From the NCBI GenBank assembly GCA_963677595.1, contig OY782041.1, positions 1,568,001 to 1,632,000 on the forward strand: a stretch of DNA of 64,000 bases. The letters run 5' to 3'. A program made the position numbers and the translations under genes. The notes below the pieces were generated by a model. It was not told the DNA's origin, ran no database searches, and was given only the letters and a program-made list of their open reading frames with translations. Positions 16,968 through 26,859 of the stretch are shown piece by piece (the first letter of the stretch is position 1; each line of letters begins with the position of its first letter). The stretch comes from Spirochaetia bacterium. GTDB taxonomy: Bacteria; Spirochaetota; Spirochaetia; CAKZLE01.

Positions 16968-17620
16968 CCATCGTCCCCAAATCCCCCTTCTTCAGGGTCA
17001 TCTCCGAGATCAACTTCCATATTGTGTTCCTCATCCAGGCAGCCGCCTACTTCCTGCTCTTCGGTATATCGGTACGGGGCAGGAAGCACCTGCGGACCGT
17101 GGAGAAGTGCATCTTCATCTCGAACCACATCCACTACCTCGACCCGGGCTTCATCGCCCATGCCGTCTGGCCGAGACGGACCTATTTCACCGGCCTCGAA
17201 GAGACGTTTCGGGGGAACCGCTTCTTCTCCTTCTTCATCAGGACCCTCGGGGGGTTCCCAATACCGGAGGACAACCCGGGAAGGATCGTCAGGGAGGTCG
17301 GGACGATCATCAGGGAGACCTCGCGGCAGGTCCATCTCTTCCCGGAGGGCAAGATGCATGGCGACCATGCATCCCTGCTCCCTTTCATGCCGGGGGCCTT
17401 CTCCCTGGCCTGTTTCTTCGACATCCCCGTGATCCCGATCGTGGAGGTCTTACGGCCGAGGAAGCACTGGCCGTTCCCGAAGGTCACCCTGTTAATCGGC
17501 GAGGCCGTATATCCTGGGGAGTTCAGGGCTGGTTCCTCCTCGAAGCGGGAGACGTCGGCAAGGATGCAGGCAGCGCTGGAGCGCCGCATGCAGGAGACCT
17601 TGAACTTGTATTTCACCTGA
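16943..17620 (+). CDS. PlsC-family (lysophospholipid) acyltransferase
   Basis: NHIHYLD (HX4D), FPEG, and PF..GAF..A....PVIP motifs. Confidence 0.88.
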   Translation: MERPHREITIVPKSPFFRVISEINFHIVFLIQAAAYFLLFGISVRGRKHLRTVEKCIFISNHIHYLDPGFIAHAVWPRRTYFTGLEETFRGNRFFSFFIRTLGGFPIPEDNPGRIVREVGTIIRETSRQVHLFPEGKMHGDHASLLPFMPGAFSLACFFDIPVIPIVEVLRPRKHWPFPKVTLLIGEAVYPGEFRAGSSSKRETSARMQAALERRMQETLNLYFT

Positions 17621-17640
17621 TTACCAGCTAGTATAGTGGC

Positions 17641-18627
17641 ATGAATGCTGCCGTTTACGGGGTCGGGAACCCGTTGATCGATGTCATAGTCCCCATCACC
17701 GATACAGACCTCTTCGATCTTGGTATCCACAAGGGGACCATGCACCTCATCGACGAGAACGAACAGGAAGGACTCATCCGTTTCATCTCCGGCAGGGAGA
17801 TATCCTACAGCAGCGGCGGTTCCTGCCCGAACACGATCATCACCCTCAGTGCACTCGGGATCACCAGCGCCCTCGGGGGCATGGTCGGGGACGATGAGTA
17901 CGGCCGGATCTACCGGGAGGAGCTCCAGAAGAGCGGGGCGGTCGATGAACTGCGCAGCTCAGGCTCCCGGACCGGTTCGAGCATCATCCTCGTCACACCC
18001 GATTCCGAGCGGACCATGAATACCTTCCTGGGAGCCAACAGGGACTTCGGCCCCGACGACCTCTGTGAGGAACGCATCAGGCAGGCCGATTTTTTCCATT
18101 TCACCGGGTATATGTGGGATACTGCTTCCCAGAAGCAGGCGATCATGAGGGCACTCGAGATCGCACGGTCGGCAGGGACACGGGTCTCCTTCGATGTCGC
18201 CGATCCCTTTGCCGTCAGCAGGAACCGTGAGGCGTTCATGCAGATCATCAGCGATCACGCCGATATCGTGTTTGCCAACAAGGAGGAGGCGCGGATCCTC
18301 TTCGATAACTATGATGCCTATGAATGCTCGAAGAGCCTTGGGAAGTCCTGTCATCTGTCGGTCGTCAAGAACGGGAGACTTGGTTCGTATGTGAACGATG
18401 CAGGATCGATCGAGGAGATTCCCGTCCAGGGAGGGGACCCGGTAGATACCACCGGGGCAGGTGATACCTATGCCGCGGGATTCCTCTACGGCCTGTGCAC
18501 GGGGAAGTCACCGGCTGATGCAGGTACCTGTGCATCCTTCCTTGCCGGGGAGGTCATCAGCCTCATCGGTGCCCGCTTCCCCGCCGAACGGATCGTGAAG
18601 CTGCGGGCACGCCTTGAGACCATCTGA
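17641..18627 (+). CDS. PfkB-family carbohydrate/adenosine kinase
   Basis: GNPLID, GGSCPNT, ERTMNTFLGA, FANKEE and DTTGAGD motifs. Confidence 0.92.
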   Translation: MNAAVYGVGNPLIDVIVPITDTDLFDLGIHKGTMHLIDENEQEGLIRFISGREISYSSGGSCPNTIITLSALGITSALGGMVGDDEYGRIYREELQKSGAVDELRSSGSRTGSSIILVTPDSERTMNTFLGANRDFGPDDLCEERIRQADFFHFTGYMWDTASQKQAIMRALEIARSAGTRVSFDVADPFAVSRNREAFMQIISDHADIVFANKEEARILFDNYDAYECSKSLGKSCHLSVVKNGRLGSYVNDAGSIEEIPVQGGDPVDTTGAGDTYAAGFLYGLCTGKSPADAGTCASFLAGEVISLIGARFPAERIVKLRARLETI

Positions 18628-18633
18628 AGGAAC

Positions 18634-19794
18634 CTAGAGGGCCCTCTTCAGCTCCTCTACCTTGTCCGTTCTCTCCCAGGAGAACTCCTCTCGCCCGAAA
18701 TGGCCGTATCGGGCAGTCTCCCGGTAGATCGGCTGGAGCAGGTCGAGTGTCGAGATGATCCCTGCAGGGGTCAGGTCGAAGACCTTCTGTACTGCTGCGG
18801 TGATCACCTCCTCGGGGACAGAACCGGTATCGAAGGTATCCACCATGACGCTGACTGGTTCCGGGTACCCGATAGCGTAGGCAAGCTCTACCTCGCAGCG
18901 TGAACACAACCCTGCGGCAACGATGTTCTTGGCAACATACCGTGCCATGTAGGCTGCTGATCGGTCCACCTTCGATGGGTCCTTACCGCTGAAGGCACCG
19001 CCTCCATGCCGTCCCATCCCGCCATAGGTATCGACGATGATCTTCCTGCCGGTAAGCCCTGAATCACCATGGGGTCCGCCGATGACGAAGCGCCCGGTTG
19101 GGTTGATCAGGATCCTGGTATTCGAAGAGAACATCCCGGTCGGCTCGAGGATTGGCCTGATCACCTGCTCAGTCAGGTCCGAGATGATCTGCTCCTGGCT
19201 CACGTCGGGGTTATGTTGGTGTGAGATCACGACGGTATCGATCGCTACCGGGTTCCCACCTTCATACCTGAGAGTCACCTGGCTCTTGGAGTCCGGCCGC
19301 ATCCAAGGGATGGTCCCGTCCTTCCTCAGCTGTGCAGCCTTCTGGAGGAGCCTGTGGCTGTACATGATAGGTGCAGGCATCAGCTCCGGGGTCTCATCAC
19401 AGGCATAGCCGAACATCATGCCCTGGTCGCCGGCTCCCTGCTCCTTATAGAGGCCCTCACCCACGGAGACACCCTGGGCAATATCCTGGGACTGCCGGTG
19501 GATGGTGTTGAGGATGGCCATCGACTCATAGTCGAGGCCGTAGGCGGGATCAGTATAGCCTATCTCCTTCACTACTTCTCGGACCAGGTCCTGCAGGTAG
19601 ACATAGGTAGATGTGGTGATCTCCCCGCCGACGAGCACCATGCCGGTCGTGGTGAAGGTCTCGCAGGCAACCCGTGAACCTCGATCCTCCTTCAGGCACT
19701 CATCGAGTACCGCATCAGAGATCTGGTCACATATCTTATCAGGATGTCCTTCACTGACCGATTCGGATGTGAAGAGAAATGATCCTTTATTCAT
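18634..19794 (-). CDS. metK: S-adenosylmethionine synthetase
   Basis: [19 protein letters not shown] and GGGAFSGKD motifs. Confidence 0.98.
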   Translation of the reverse strand: MNKGSFLFTSESVSEGHPDKICDQISDAVLDECLKEDRGSRVACETFTTTGMVLVGGEITTSTYVYLQDLVREVVKEIGYTDPAYGLDYESMAILNTIHRQSQDIAQGVSVGEGLYKEQGAGDQGMMFGYACDETPELMPAPIMYSHRLLQKAAQLRKDGTIPWMRPDSKSQVTLRYEGGNPVAIDTVVISHQHNPDVSQEQIISDLTEQVIRPILEPTGMFSSNTRILINPTGRFVIGGPHGDSGLTGRKIIVDTYGGMGRHGGGAFSGKDPSKVDRSAAYMARYVAKNIVAAGLCSRCEVELAYAIGYPEPVSVMVDTFDTGSVPEEVITAAVQKVFDLTPAGIISTLDLLQPIYRETARYGHFGREEFSWERTDKVEELKRAL

Positions 19795-19878
19795 CTGTTC
19801 ACCTCATGGTTAATACGTTGTATTTCAATATAATGAAAACAGTTCACTATAACAATGCACTGCATCTGTTCTGCAATG

Positions 19879-19914
19879 AAAAAAGGGCTGCAACCTTTCA
19901 GTCCAGCCCTTTTT
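19879..19914. terminator. Intrinsic terminator after jag (potentially bidirectional)
   Basis: AAAAAAGGGCTG...CAGCCCTTTTT hairpin with A- and T-tails. Confidence 0.7.
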
Positions 19915-19934
19915 CCCGATTCATTGTCCCTGAA

Positions 19935-20630
19935 TTAGAGCAGGTCGCTCCGCTGTGTGCTCTTATAGGCGATCCGTACCCGCTTATAGAGCCCGTCACC
20001 CTCGCTCTTCGTCTCGACATCAAGGATGTCGTTGAGCGCGGTGTGGATGAGCCGCCGCTCGAAGGGGTTCATGGGTTCCAGCAGTTTCGACCGTTTGGTC
20101 TTCTTTACCTGCAGGGCAGTCCGGTAGGCCATGCGGACGAGCTGCTCCTCATGCCTGATCCGGTAGTTCTCCGTGTCCACGACGATCTTCTTGGTACTGT
20201 CGATTTGCCCGGCATAGACATTGGTGAGGAGCTGGAGCGCATCCAGGTTCTTCCCCTGCTTACCGATCATGATCGCAGAATGGTCCGAGACGATGTTGAG
20301 CCCGATCTTGTTATCTTTCCGGTACGCGACCATGACCTTCCCGGTATACCCCATCTTCTCTATCACGTTCTTCAGGAAGTCGACGATCTTCTCTTCTAAT
20401 TCCGTGTTCGCCGGAGCAGCGGGTGCAGCCTTCGTGCGAACCTCTTTCTCTATGCTCTCTTCCCGGTCTTCCCGTGTATGGATCCTGATCCGTACATTGC
20501 TCTTCTTAAAGAATCCTTTCTTGCCTGAGTCAATGATCTCAACATCGAACTTTTCCCTGTCGAGGTTGAGCTCAGCTACAGCAACATCTATAGCTTCCTG
20601 CTCAGTCTTCCCTTCAAATTCTTTTACCAT
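19935..20630 (-). CDS. jag: Jag/EloR (KhpB) RNA-binding protein
   Basis: Jag_N EFEGKT..EAI, KH IGKQGKNLDALQ and R3H PMNPFERRLIH motifs. Confidence 0.95.
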   Translation of the reverse strand: MVKEFEGKTEQEAIDVAVAELNLDREKFDVEIIDSGKKGFFKKSNVRIRIHTREDREESIEKEVRTKAAPAAPANTELEEKIVDFLKNVIEKMGYTGKVMVAYRKDNKIGLNIVSDHSAIMIGKQGKNLDALQLLTNVYAGQIDSTKKIVVDTENYRIRHEEQLVRMAYRTALQVKKTKRSKLLEPMNPFERRLIHTALNDILDVETKSEGDGLYKRVRIAYKSTQRSDLL

Positions 20631-20676
20631 ATATTATCTCCTTGGAGTAAAAAGTCATCATACATCTAGAGGTATG

Positions 20677-22515
20677 TTATTTCCTCTTCTTCGGGGCGAC
20701 CTTGTTCCCGTCTTTCGCCTTCTTGACCACCTTCAACTCCGGATGAGCCTTCTCCTCCTCCATCTCGTGCGCCTTCACGGTATTCGTCACCTTCTGCTGG
20801 AGGATCGTGATGATGTTCATGACGAACCAGTAGAGTATCAGGCCCGATGGTGCATTATAGAGGACGAAGAAGAACATGATTGGCATGAAATAGGTCATCA
20901 TCTTGTTCATGCTCTGTGTCTGGCTGTTTCCCGCTGTCGCTGACTGGCTCTGCTTCATCGAGAAGATCATGGAAGCTACATAGAGGATCGGCAGCAGCCG
21001 AACCGCGTCCCCCACGAAGGGGATCGAGAACGGCAGGGTGAAGATCGATTCAGGCATCGAGAGGTCCGTGATCCATCCAGGGATGAACACTGCCCCACGC
21101 AGCTCGAAATGCTTGTTGAGCAGCCCGTAGAGTGCGATGAACACCGGGAACTGGAGGAGCATCGGCAGGCATCCGCCCATCGGGTTGATCTTCTCCTTCT
21201 TGTAGAGTGCGGCTGTCTCCTGGTTGAGTTTGTTCGGGTTGTCCTTGTACTTCTCCTTCAGCTCATTCAGCTGCGGGGAGAGCGCGGCCATCTTCGCGGT
21301 CGACTGGTAGCTCTTCCTGGTAAAGGGGAAGAGCACGACTTTGATGAGGATCGTCAGGAGGATGATCGCCACACCGTAGTTAGGGATGAGGTTGTAGAAG
21401 AACCGCAGCAGCCATTTCAGGATGTTCTCGAGCCAGCCGAGCCAGGAACTGGAATCGACTGCCTTGTCGAGCTGGAGGTCGGACAGGCCGAACCCGTTAT
21501 CCTCAGCATTGTTGTAGATAGCGAGGTTGCTGCTCAGGATCGGTCCGACATAGAACTTGAACACATCTGTGTTCGAGGAACTCCTGATCACCGGCCTGGA
21601 GAAGTACATCTGTGACCCGAGGGGAATCCCCTCCTCGGCATCCTGGGTGAGCGACACCGTATAGGGGGTGGCATCAGGCACGCCGATCACCGTGAAGTAC
21701 TTCCCGGTGAGAGATGCCCAGGAGATGAAGTCATTGGTGACGAACTCATCGTTCTTCAGTTTGACCTGGTTCTTCTTGCCGTCCTGGTAGGTATAGAACC
21801 TCCTGAACTTGTACCGGCCGTCGAGTTCCTCGAAGAACTCAGGACCTATCTGTGGTTCATAGGCAATGGTATATGAGTATCCGTCATAGTTGAGTGGGAT
21901 CACCTCATTCACGCTGTTCTTGAACGAGACATATACCTCGAAGAGGTAATCAGTCTGGTTGAACACGAAAGTCTTCGTGAGGGTGAAGGGATCAGAAAGG
22001 GAACCATCATCCTCCGTGATCGCGAAGTCCCGGTAGAACTCGATGGTGTACTCATCAGTCTGCCTCACGTTGAAGGTACAGTCGACAGGATTCGCCTTGT
22101 CATCCCCGAAATAGAGATAGAAGGCTGCCTGTTCTTCACTTCCCCTGAAGATCATCTCGACAGGCACGCCGTTATCGAGGTGGTCTTTCATCTTCATGCT
22201 CTTGATCGACCCACCGGCAGTATCGAAGGTTATGATGAACACATCGTTCTCGATGACGATCTCATCAGAGGCAGGGTCCGTACCGAGGGGCACCACTGAA
22301 CCGGCTGCACCTGAGGCATAGACCATCGATGTCGGGGTATTCAACTGCTCGACCTCAGAGACCGTATCACCCTGGGATGTCTCGGTCGATGCTGCTTCCG
22401 TAGAAGCCTGGGTCGTCTCAGCGGTGTCCGGCATGAAGAAGACACTCTGGATCGTGAAACCGACGGTAATGATTATGACTGATAGGACAACAGCCAGAAT
22501 TGTTCTTTTATCCAT
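20677..22515 (-). CDS. yidC: Membrane protein insertase YidC
   Basis: MDKRTILA, NYGVAIILLT, NPMGGCLPMLLQFP, WITDLS and PSGLILYW motifs. Confidence 0.97.
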   Translation of the reverse strand: MDKRTILAVVLSVIIITVGFTIQSVFFMPDTAETTQASTEAASTETSQGDTVSEVEQLNTPTSMVYASGAAGSVVPLGTDPASDEIVIENDVFIITFDTAGGSIKSMKMKDHLDNGVPVEMIFRGSEEQAAFYLYFGDDKANPVDCTFNVRQTDEYTIEFYRDFAITEDDGSLSDPFTLTKTFVFNQTDYLFEVYVSFKNSVNEVIPLNYDGYSYTIAYEPQIGPEFFEELDGRYKFRRFYTYQDGKKNQVKLKNDEFVTNDFISWASLTGKYFTVIGVPDATPYTVSLTQDAEEGIPLGSQMYFSRPVIRSSSNTDVFKFYVGPILSSNLAIYNNAEDNGFGLSDLQLDKAVDSSSWLGWLENILKWLLRFFYNLIPNYGVAIILLTILIKVVLFPFTRKSYQSTAKMAALSPQLNELKEKYKDNPNKLNQETAALYKKEKINPMGGCLPMLLQFPVFIALYGLLNKHFELRGAVFIPGWITDLSMPESIFTLPFSIPFVGDAVRLLPILYVASMIFSMKQSQSATAGNSQTQSMNKMMTYFMPIMFFFVLYNAPSGLILYWFVMNIITILQQKVTNTVKAHEMEEEKAHPELKVVKKAKDGNKVAPKKRK

Positions 22516-22598
22516 AATTTCTCCTGGTATGTCATTAGTGAGAAGCCTGAATCGGTAATCAAGGAACGAAAGTATAGATAAAAAATAAGCGGGTCTAT

Positions 22599-22943
22599 CT
22601 ATATGAATAGACCTGCTTTTTCTACGAGTTTACAAAATTGCTTTTTACATATTGTATAATCATATTCATTACCTGGATAGATAATAAAGGCTATATCGAA
22701 ACCCTGCATCCTGGGGGCACAGTCAAGGCGGAAGATCTCTTTGCACCTTCGCCTGACAGTATTCCTCTGGACCGCATTACCAAAATTCCTGGCGGGTATG
22801 ATAATCACACGGGGATACGGAAGTTGACTCTTTCTAAAGACAAGTTTGAATCCCCGGGCTGATACTACCTTTCCTTCCTTAAAAATACGACTTATATCAG
22901 ACTTTTTTCTTATGATCTGATTTTTAGTAAGGCTTCTTCTCAT
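22599..22943 (-). CDS. rnpA: Ribonuclease P protein component
   Basis: RNR motif [12 protein letters not shown]; located between rpmH and yidC. Confidence 0.93.
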   Translation of the reverse strand: MRRSLTKNQIIRKKSDISRIFKEGKVVSARGFKLVFRKSQLPYPRVIIIPARNFGNAVQRNTVRRRCKEIFRLDCAPRMQGFDIAFIIYPGNEYDYTICKKQFCKLVEKAGLFI

Positions 22944-23079
22944 CTGCTACTGAGAGTTTCTTTCTACCTTTCTTTCTTCTTCTTGCAAGGACAAGGCGTC
23001 CGCCTTTTGTCTTCATTCGGGCACGGAATCCGAATTTTCTATTTCTCTTGACTCTACTTGGTTGGTACGTTCTTTTCAT
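22924..23079 (-). CDS. rpmH: 50S ribosomal protein L34 (51 aa)
   Basis: Below the ORF-track cutoff. Manual translation: [51 protein letters not shown]. Confidence 0.97.
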   Translation of the reverse strand: MKRTYQPSRVKRNRKFGFRARMKTKGGRLVLARRRKKGRKKLSVADEKKPY

Positions 23080-23159
23080 TTCAGGATTTTCTCCATTATT
23101 TCTTCGCTTTCGCGGAATTTTTCTATTCGTTAACGTAAATACACATCATCGAGTGAGGC

Positions 23160-23188
23160 AGTATACGTTTCCTCCCATTTTTTGTCAA
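23160..23188 (-). promoter_or_regulatory. Sigma70 promoter of the rpmH operon
   Basis: TTGACA-N17-TATACT. Confidence 0.75.
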
Positions 23189-23269
23189 GGGTGCTCATAA
23201 CCTCTTGACCCTATTTGAATTAGTATATCTTCAGCAGGTTTCTGCTCTTCTCCAGGCTGACCACGATAC

Positions 23270-23590
23270 CTAGTGAGTCAATCGGTAATCCAATATATGA
23301 GGATCTCTCCTGAGTGCATCAAGCAGGACCCGGGCAGCGCCATTGGGGTTCCTTTGTCCCTGTTCCCATTTTGCGACAATCGATTGATTGACATCAAGTA
23401 TACTGGCGAATACTGCCTGGCTGATATTGAGGTTATTTCGAATTGCCTTGATATCTTCAGGGCTCATTGTTATTGTTTTCGGTTGTATCCCTAATCGCTT
23501 TAGATCACGCTTACTGAAAGCAGTGTTCAAGCCTATTGCATCCAAGTCCTGTATGGTTTCTTTAAGAGAATCCATTGCAGAATCATTCAT
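23270..23590 (-). CDS. XRE/HigA-type HTH antitoxin
   Basis: IKAIRNNLNISQAVFASIL..V.KWEQGQRNPNGAARVLL. SD GGAGGG and ATG overlap the reconstructed toxin stop. Confidence 0.88.
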   Translation of the reverse strand: MNDSAMDSLKETIQDLDAIGLNTAFSKRDLKRLGIQPKTITMSPEDIKAIRNNLNISQAVFASILDVNQSIVAKWEQGQRNPNGAARVLLDALRRDPHILDYRLTH

Positions 23591-23961
23591 CATCACCCTC
23601 CAATTCAATAAATACCTTATTCCGTATTGCCTCAGCCCATTGTTCAGAAGAGAATCCACAAAGCATCTTTGAGAGCTTCCTATATGCTCGCTTTTCTGCA
23701 GTACTAATATTTACCTGATCAATTTTTAGCAAAACCATGCAAGAAAACAGCTAAAGTTTTCTCCCTATACACCAAGAGTGTCCTATACCCGCCGCTTTTT
23801 CCCTCTCCCTTTCGGGAAACTCGAACCTTATAGACCGAACTTCCAAGAGCATCCGCACTTTTTAGTTCAACTGTATTTTGAATAGCATCAAGCAGATCTT
23901 GATCGCTTATGTTCTCTTTCGCTGCCCATTTCGAAAATACTTTGGCTTTCAGTTTCTTCAC
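23583..23961 (-). pseudogene. RelE/HigB-like toxin interrupted by a 1-nt frameshift
   Basis: KVFSKWA..ISD.DL..ADALG..VYKVRVSRKGEGKSGGYRT..FLHGFAKN, then TGA. Removing one base at 23721-23722 continues as DQVNISTAEKRAYRKLSKML..VFIELEGDDE to TGA 23583-23585. Confidence 0.82.
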
Positions 23962-23966
23962 ATAAT

Positions 23967-23996
23967 ATATATAGCACAATGTGCTATATATTACAA
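23967..23996 (-). promoter_or_regulatory. TA promoter with palindromic operator
   Basis: Perfect inverted repeat ATATATAGCACA-A-TGTGCTATATAT (23967-23991) overlapping TTGTAA-N17-TATATA. Confidence 0.7.
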
Positions 23997-24083
23997 GTCA
24001 TTAGTATCATCATCAAAGCTGATATTATATATTCAATCTATTCTGAAAACAGCAGGACCTGTACATGATCTTATCTTCCCGTA

Positions 24084-24368
24084 TCACGAGGAGACATAGG
24101 TCACGATCCTCTCGACAGCCAGGTCAGGAAATTCCTTCTTGATATTTCTTAGGATCTGGTTCTTCTTCATGTCTATGAGCTGTAACCACCCGGGATGGTC
24201 AACATGGACAATCAGGGAGGTCCCCTCCAGGTCGTAGATCCTGGAGTGGGAAGCGATGTTGGTCCCCGCGAGCTCTTCCCAACTGCTGAACAGGGAGATC
24301 ACCTCTTTATGGTCATCAAACGATATAGACTGGAATACCTGCTCGATGAGTTCTGCTGCCTTCTTCAT
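24084..24368 (-). CDS. DUF721/DciA-family protein
   Basis: W.ELAGTNIASHS and L.VHVDHPGWLQLI..KK.QIL motifs; lies directly downstream of recF. Confidence 0.85.
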   Translation of the reverse strand: MKKAAELIEQVFQSISFDDHKEVISLFSSWEELAGTNIASHSRIYDLEGTSLIVHVDHPGWLQLIDMKKNQILRNIKKEFPDLAVERIVTYVSS

Positions 24369-25444
24369 TCGTTCTCCAACACTCCTTCTGATACCCGGTA
24401 TGTCATGGTATCAGAATCATGCTCCCTGAAATAGGATTCCTTGGGCAGGAATGTGAAAAAAGCCTGGTCATAGTCAGATATATGCTCGAGGAAACGCTCC
24501 CGTTTCTCAAGGTCAAGCTCAAGGAGAACATCATCAAGGAGCAGGATCGGCTTCTCGTCCCGCTCCCTGCAGTAGAGGATGGACTGTACCAGCTTCAGCA
24601 CGAGGGAAGCGAGCCGTATCTGTCCCGTAGAGGCTGTCGCTATGAAATCCCTCCCGTCCTGACTGAATAGGAACTTATCCCGATGCGGTCCCGTGGTCGT
24701 CAGTTCATATCGCCGGTCACGTTCATGGTTCTTCTCTATGAGCGTGACCGCATCCTCCTCAGTAATACACCCTTTCCAGGATGGGCTGTATACTAAACTG
24801 ACCGCATCGGGATTGCAGGAGATCTTCCGGTACAGCTCCGGGAAATACTCATTGAAGGCCTCTATGTTCTGCCTTCTCTTTTCCTGTATCTTCATGCCGG
24901 TATCTGCGAGCTTCCGGTCATAGATCGTCAGCAGGGAATCGCTCCCACCCTTCAGCAGCGCGTTACGCTGCTTCACGATGCTGTTATAGAGGCGTATAAG
25001 GTCTATATAGTCATTGTCGAGCAATGATATGCTCTGGTCGAAGAACTTCCTCTGCATGAGGGGAGCTCCTTTGACGAACTCCATATCCTCATGCGAGAAG
25101 ATGATGCAGGTACTGATCGAGAGGAGCTCCTTCCGGTCTGTGATCTCCCTCCCATCAATGAAGGTCCGCCGCTTACCGTCCTTGAACACGACCTTCACCG
25201 TGTAATCCCTGCCGTCCTTCCCGATGACAGCGATGACGGAGAGCTCCTGTTCCCCAAAGCTCACGATCTGCTTCTGCAGCCGCGTGCGGAAGGAGGAACC
25301 ATAAGAGACAAAGTAGATCGCCTCGATGAAATTTGATTTACCCTGCCCGTTCTCCCCGATCAGCACGATGTGCTTATGGGAGACAGGGAGGAGTAGATCA
25401 GCAAGGTTCCTGAAATGGTATGTCCTCAGCGATTTGATGACCAT
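24365..25444 (-). CDS. recF: DNA replication and repair protein RecF
   Basis: GENGQGKSN, SFRT, GPHRD, STGQ and LLLDDVLLELD motifs. Confidence 0.97.
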   Translation of the reverse strand: MVIKSLRTYHFRNLADLLLPVSHKHIVLIGENGQGKSNFIEAIYFVSYGSSFRTRLQKQIVSFGEQELSVIAVIGKDGRDYTVKVVFKDGKRRTFIDGREITDRKELLSISTCIIFSHEDMEFVKGAPLMQRKFFDQSISLLDNDYIDLIRLYNSIVKQRNALLKGGSDSLLTIYDRKLADTGMKIQEKRRQNIEAFNEYFPELYRKISCNPDAVSLVYSPSWKGCITEEDAVTLIEKNHERDRRYELTTTGPHRDKFLFSQDGRDFIATASTGQIRLASLVLKLVQSILYCRERDEKPILLLDDVLLELDLEKRERFLEHISDYDQAFFTFLPKESYFREHDSDTMTYRVSEGVLENE

Positions 25445-25449
25445 ACGAT

Positions 25450-26553
25450 CTAGTCAAGCTGCATGGGCATGACAATATGGAAGAAGTCCTTCTCAGGATA
25501 GGGTGCGATGGTGATGGCCCTGCTCGGTTCCGTGAAGCTGATGCTGATCTTCTCCCCGGGCATCACCTTGAGGGGGTTCACCACATACACATGGTTCACC
25601 GCGATCCTGGTCTTCTCGCCGAAATACTCACAGGGTATCTGCTCCTCAGCCTTTCCGATATCGCTCTCCTCTGAAGAGAGCGTCACCGTCTCGATGTCGA
25701 TATCGATGAACAGCCGCTTTGATTTCTGGTCTACCAGCAGTGATACCCGCTTCAGGGCATCATAGAACATCTCCTTGTCGATGATGCATTGCAGGTTCTG
25801 CTTCTCGGGGATGACCCGTTTGTAGTTCGGGAACTGACCGTCGATGAGCGTGGAGAATATCCAGTGGGAATCGAACCTGGCAAAGATGTAGTTATCATGG
25901 ATAGCCAGGTCTATCATCCCTTCCCGGACGCAGAGCTTCTTGATGAGGCTGAGGAACTTCGGGGGAATGATCACCGGCTTGAAGGAGGGTACCTCCTGTT
26001 CAAGGATCCTGTTCATGTAGGATAACCTTCTCCCGTCAGTAGCTACCATGACGAGGCCGTCCCCGCCGTTCTCCATATAGACGCCGTTGAGGAAGTACCG
26101 GGTAGTATCATCTGAGACCGAGAATATCGTCTGGTCGATCATCGAGATGAAATCCTCGCTTGAGATCGAGAAGTAGAGCTGCTCATCACAAACCCTCATC
26201 TCAGGGTACTTATCCGAGCTGATACTCCTCAAGCGGAAATCGATCTTCTGGAACAGCGGCCTGATCACGACCCTGTCATCAAGCTGCTCTACCTCGATCT
26301 CACCTTCAGGGAGGGATCGAAGGATGCCGAGGAGCTTGTCACAGTAGATCGTAGTACTGCCTGGGTCGATCGTATCAACCGTGATCTGAGTCTCGAACCC
26401 TACATTCAAGTCTGTTGCCTTGATCGTGAGCAGGTTGTTAGACGTCTCGATGAGTACGTTCGACAGTATGGAGAGGGCATTCCTTGATGCGATGATATCC
26501 TGTGCGATGAGGATCTCTTTCAGCAGTGAATTTTTCGATGTAGTGAATTTCAT
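25450..26553 (-). CDS. dnaN: DNA polymerase III beta clamp
   Basis: ATDL, R.FLNGVY, VATDGRRL, GQFPNY.RVIP and VMPM motifs. Confidence 0.97.
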   Translation of the reverse strand: MKFTTSKNSLLKEILIAQDIIASRNALSILSNVLIETSNNLLTIKATDLNVGFETQITVDTIDPGSTTIYCDKLLGILRSLPEGEIEVEQLDDRVVIRPLFQKIDFRLRSISSDKYPEMRVCDEQLYFSISSEDFISMIDQTIFSVSDDTTRYFLNGVYMENGGDGLVMVATDGRRLSYMNRILEQEVPSFKPVIIPPKFLSLIKKLCVREGMIDLAIHDNYIFARFDSHWIFSTLIDGQFPNYKRVIPEKQNLQCIIDKEMFYDALKRVSLLVDQKSKRLFIDIDIETVTLSSEESDIGKAEEQIPCEYFGEKTRIAVNHVYVVNPLKVMPGEKISISFTEPSRAITIAPYPEKDFFHIVMPMQLD

Positions 26554-26564
26554 AACGTCTCCTT

Positions 26565-26800
26565 ACTACAGTCTATATATTATTAATTAGTAGTAGTAGT
26601 AGTAATAGGGCCTGTGGACAATGTGCATAACTAAACTATGTTTAAACAGTAGAATGAAATAATCAAAAATTCAGTTGTGCATAACTCTGTTTTTTTATCC
26701 ACAGTTCATCAACATATTAACAACTATACCATATTATCCACAATTTATTGATAAAAATCCACAACTTATCTATATGTTATCAAGAGGTTATCAACAACCC
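26565..26800. other. Chromosomal replication origin oriC
   Basis: dnaA-dnaN intergenic. AT-rich segment, then (TAG)5-TAA-TAG trios 26588-26608, GGCC, tandem boxes TGTGGACAA 26613 and TGTGCATAA 26622. Further boxes at 26676, 26695 (TTATCCACA), 26706, 26734 (TTATCCACA), 26755 and 26788. Confidence 0.92.
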
Positions 26801-26859
26801 CAGAATGAGGAACGGGCTGATTATATACCAGCCCGCTTCATACCTTGGATGAGACAGCT

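Noticed and set aside
23232-24056. CAGCAGG on both sides of the TA cassette as an insertion scar
   Set aside because: Only 7 bp, with no IRs or integrase; compatible with chance.
26588-26608. (TAG)n run considered as a microsatellite or phase-variation tract
   Set aside because: Its position next to tandem DnaA boxes and an AT-rich tract identifies it as DnaA-trios.
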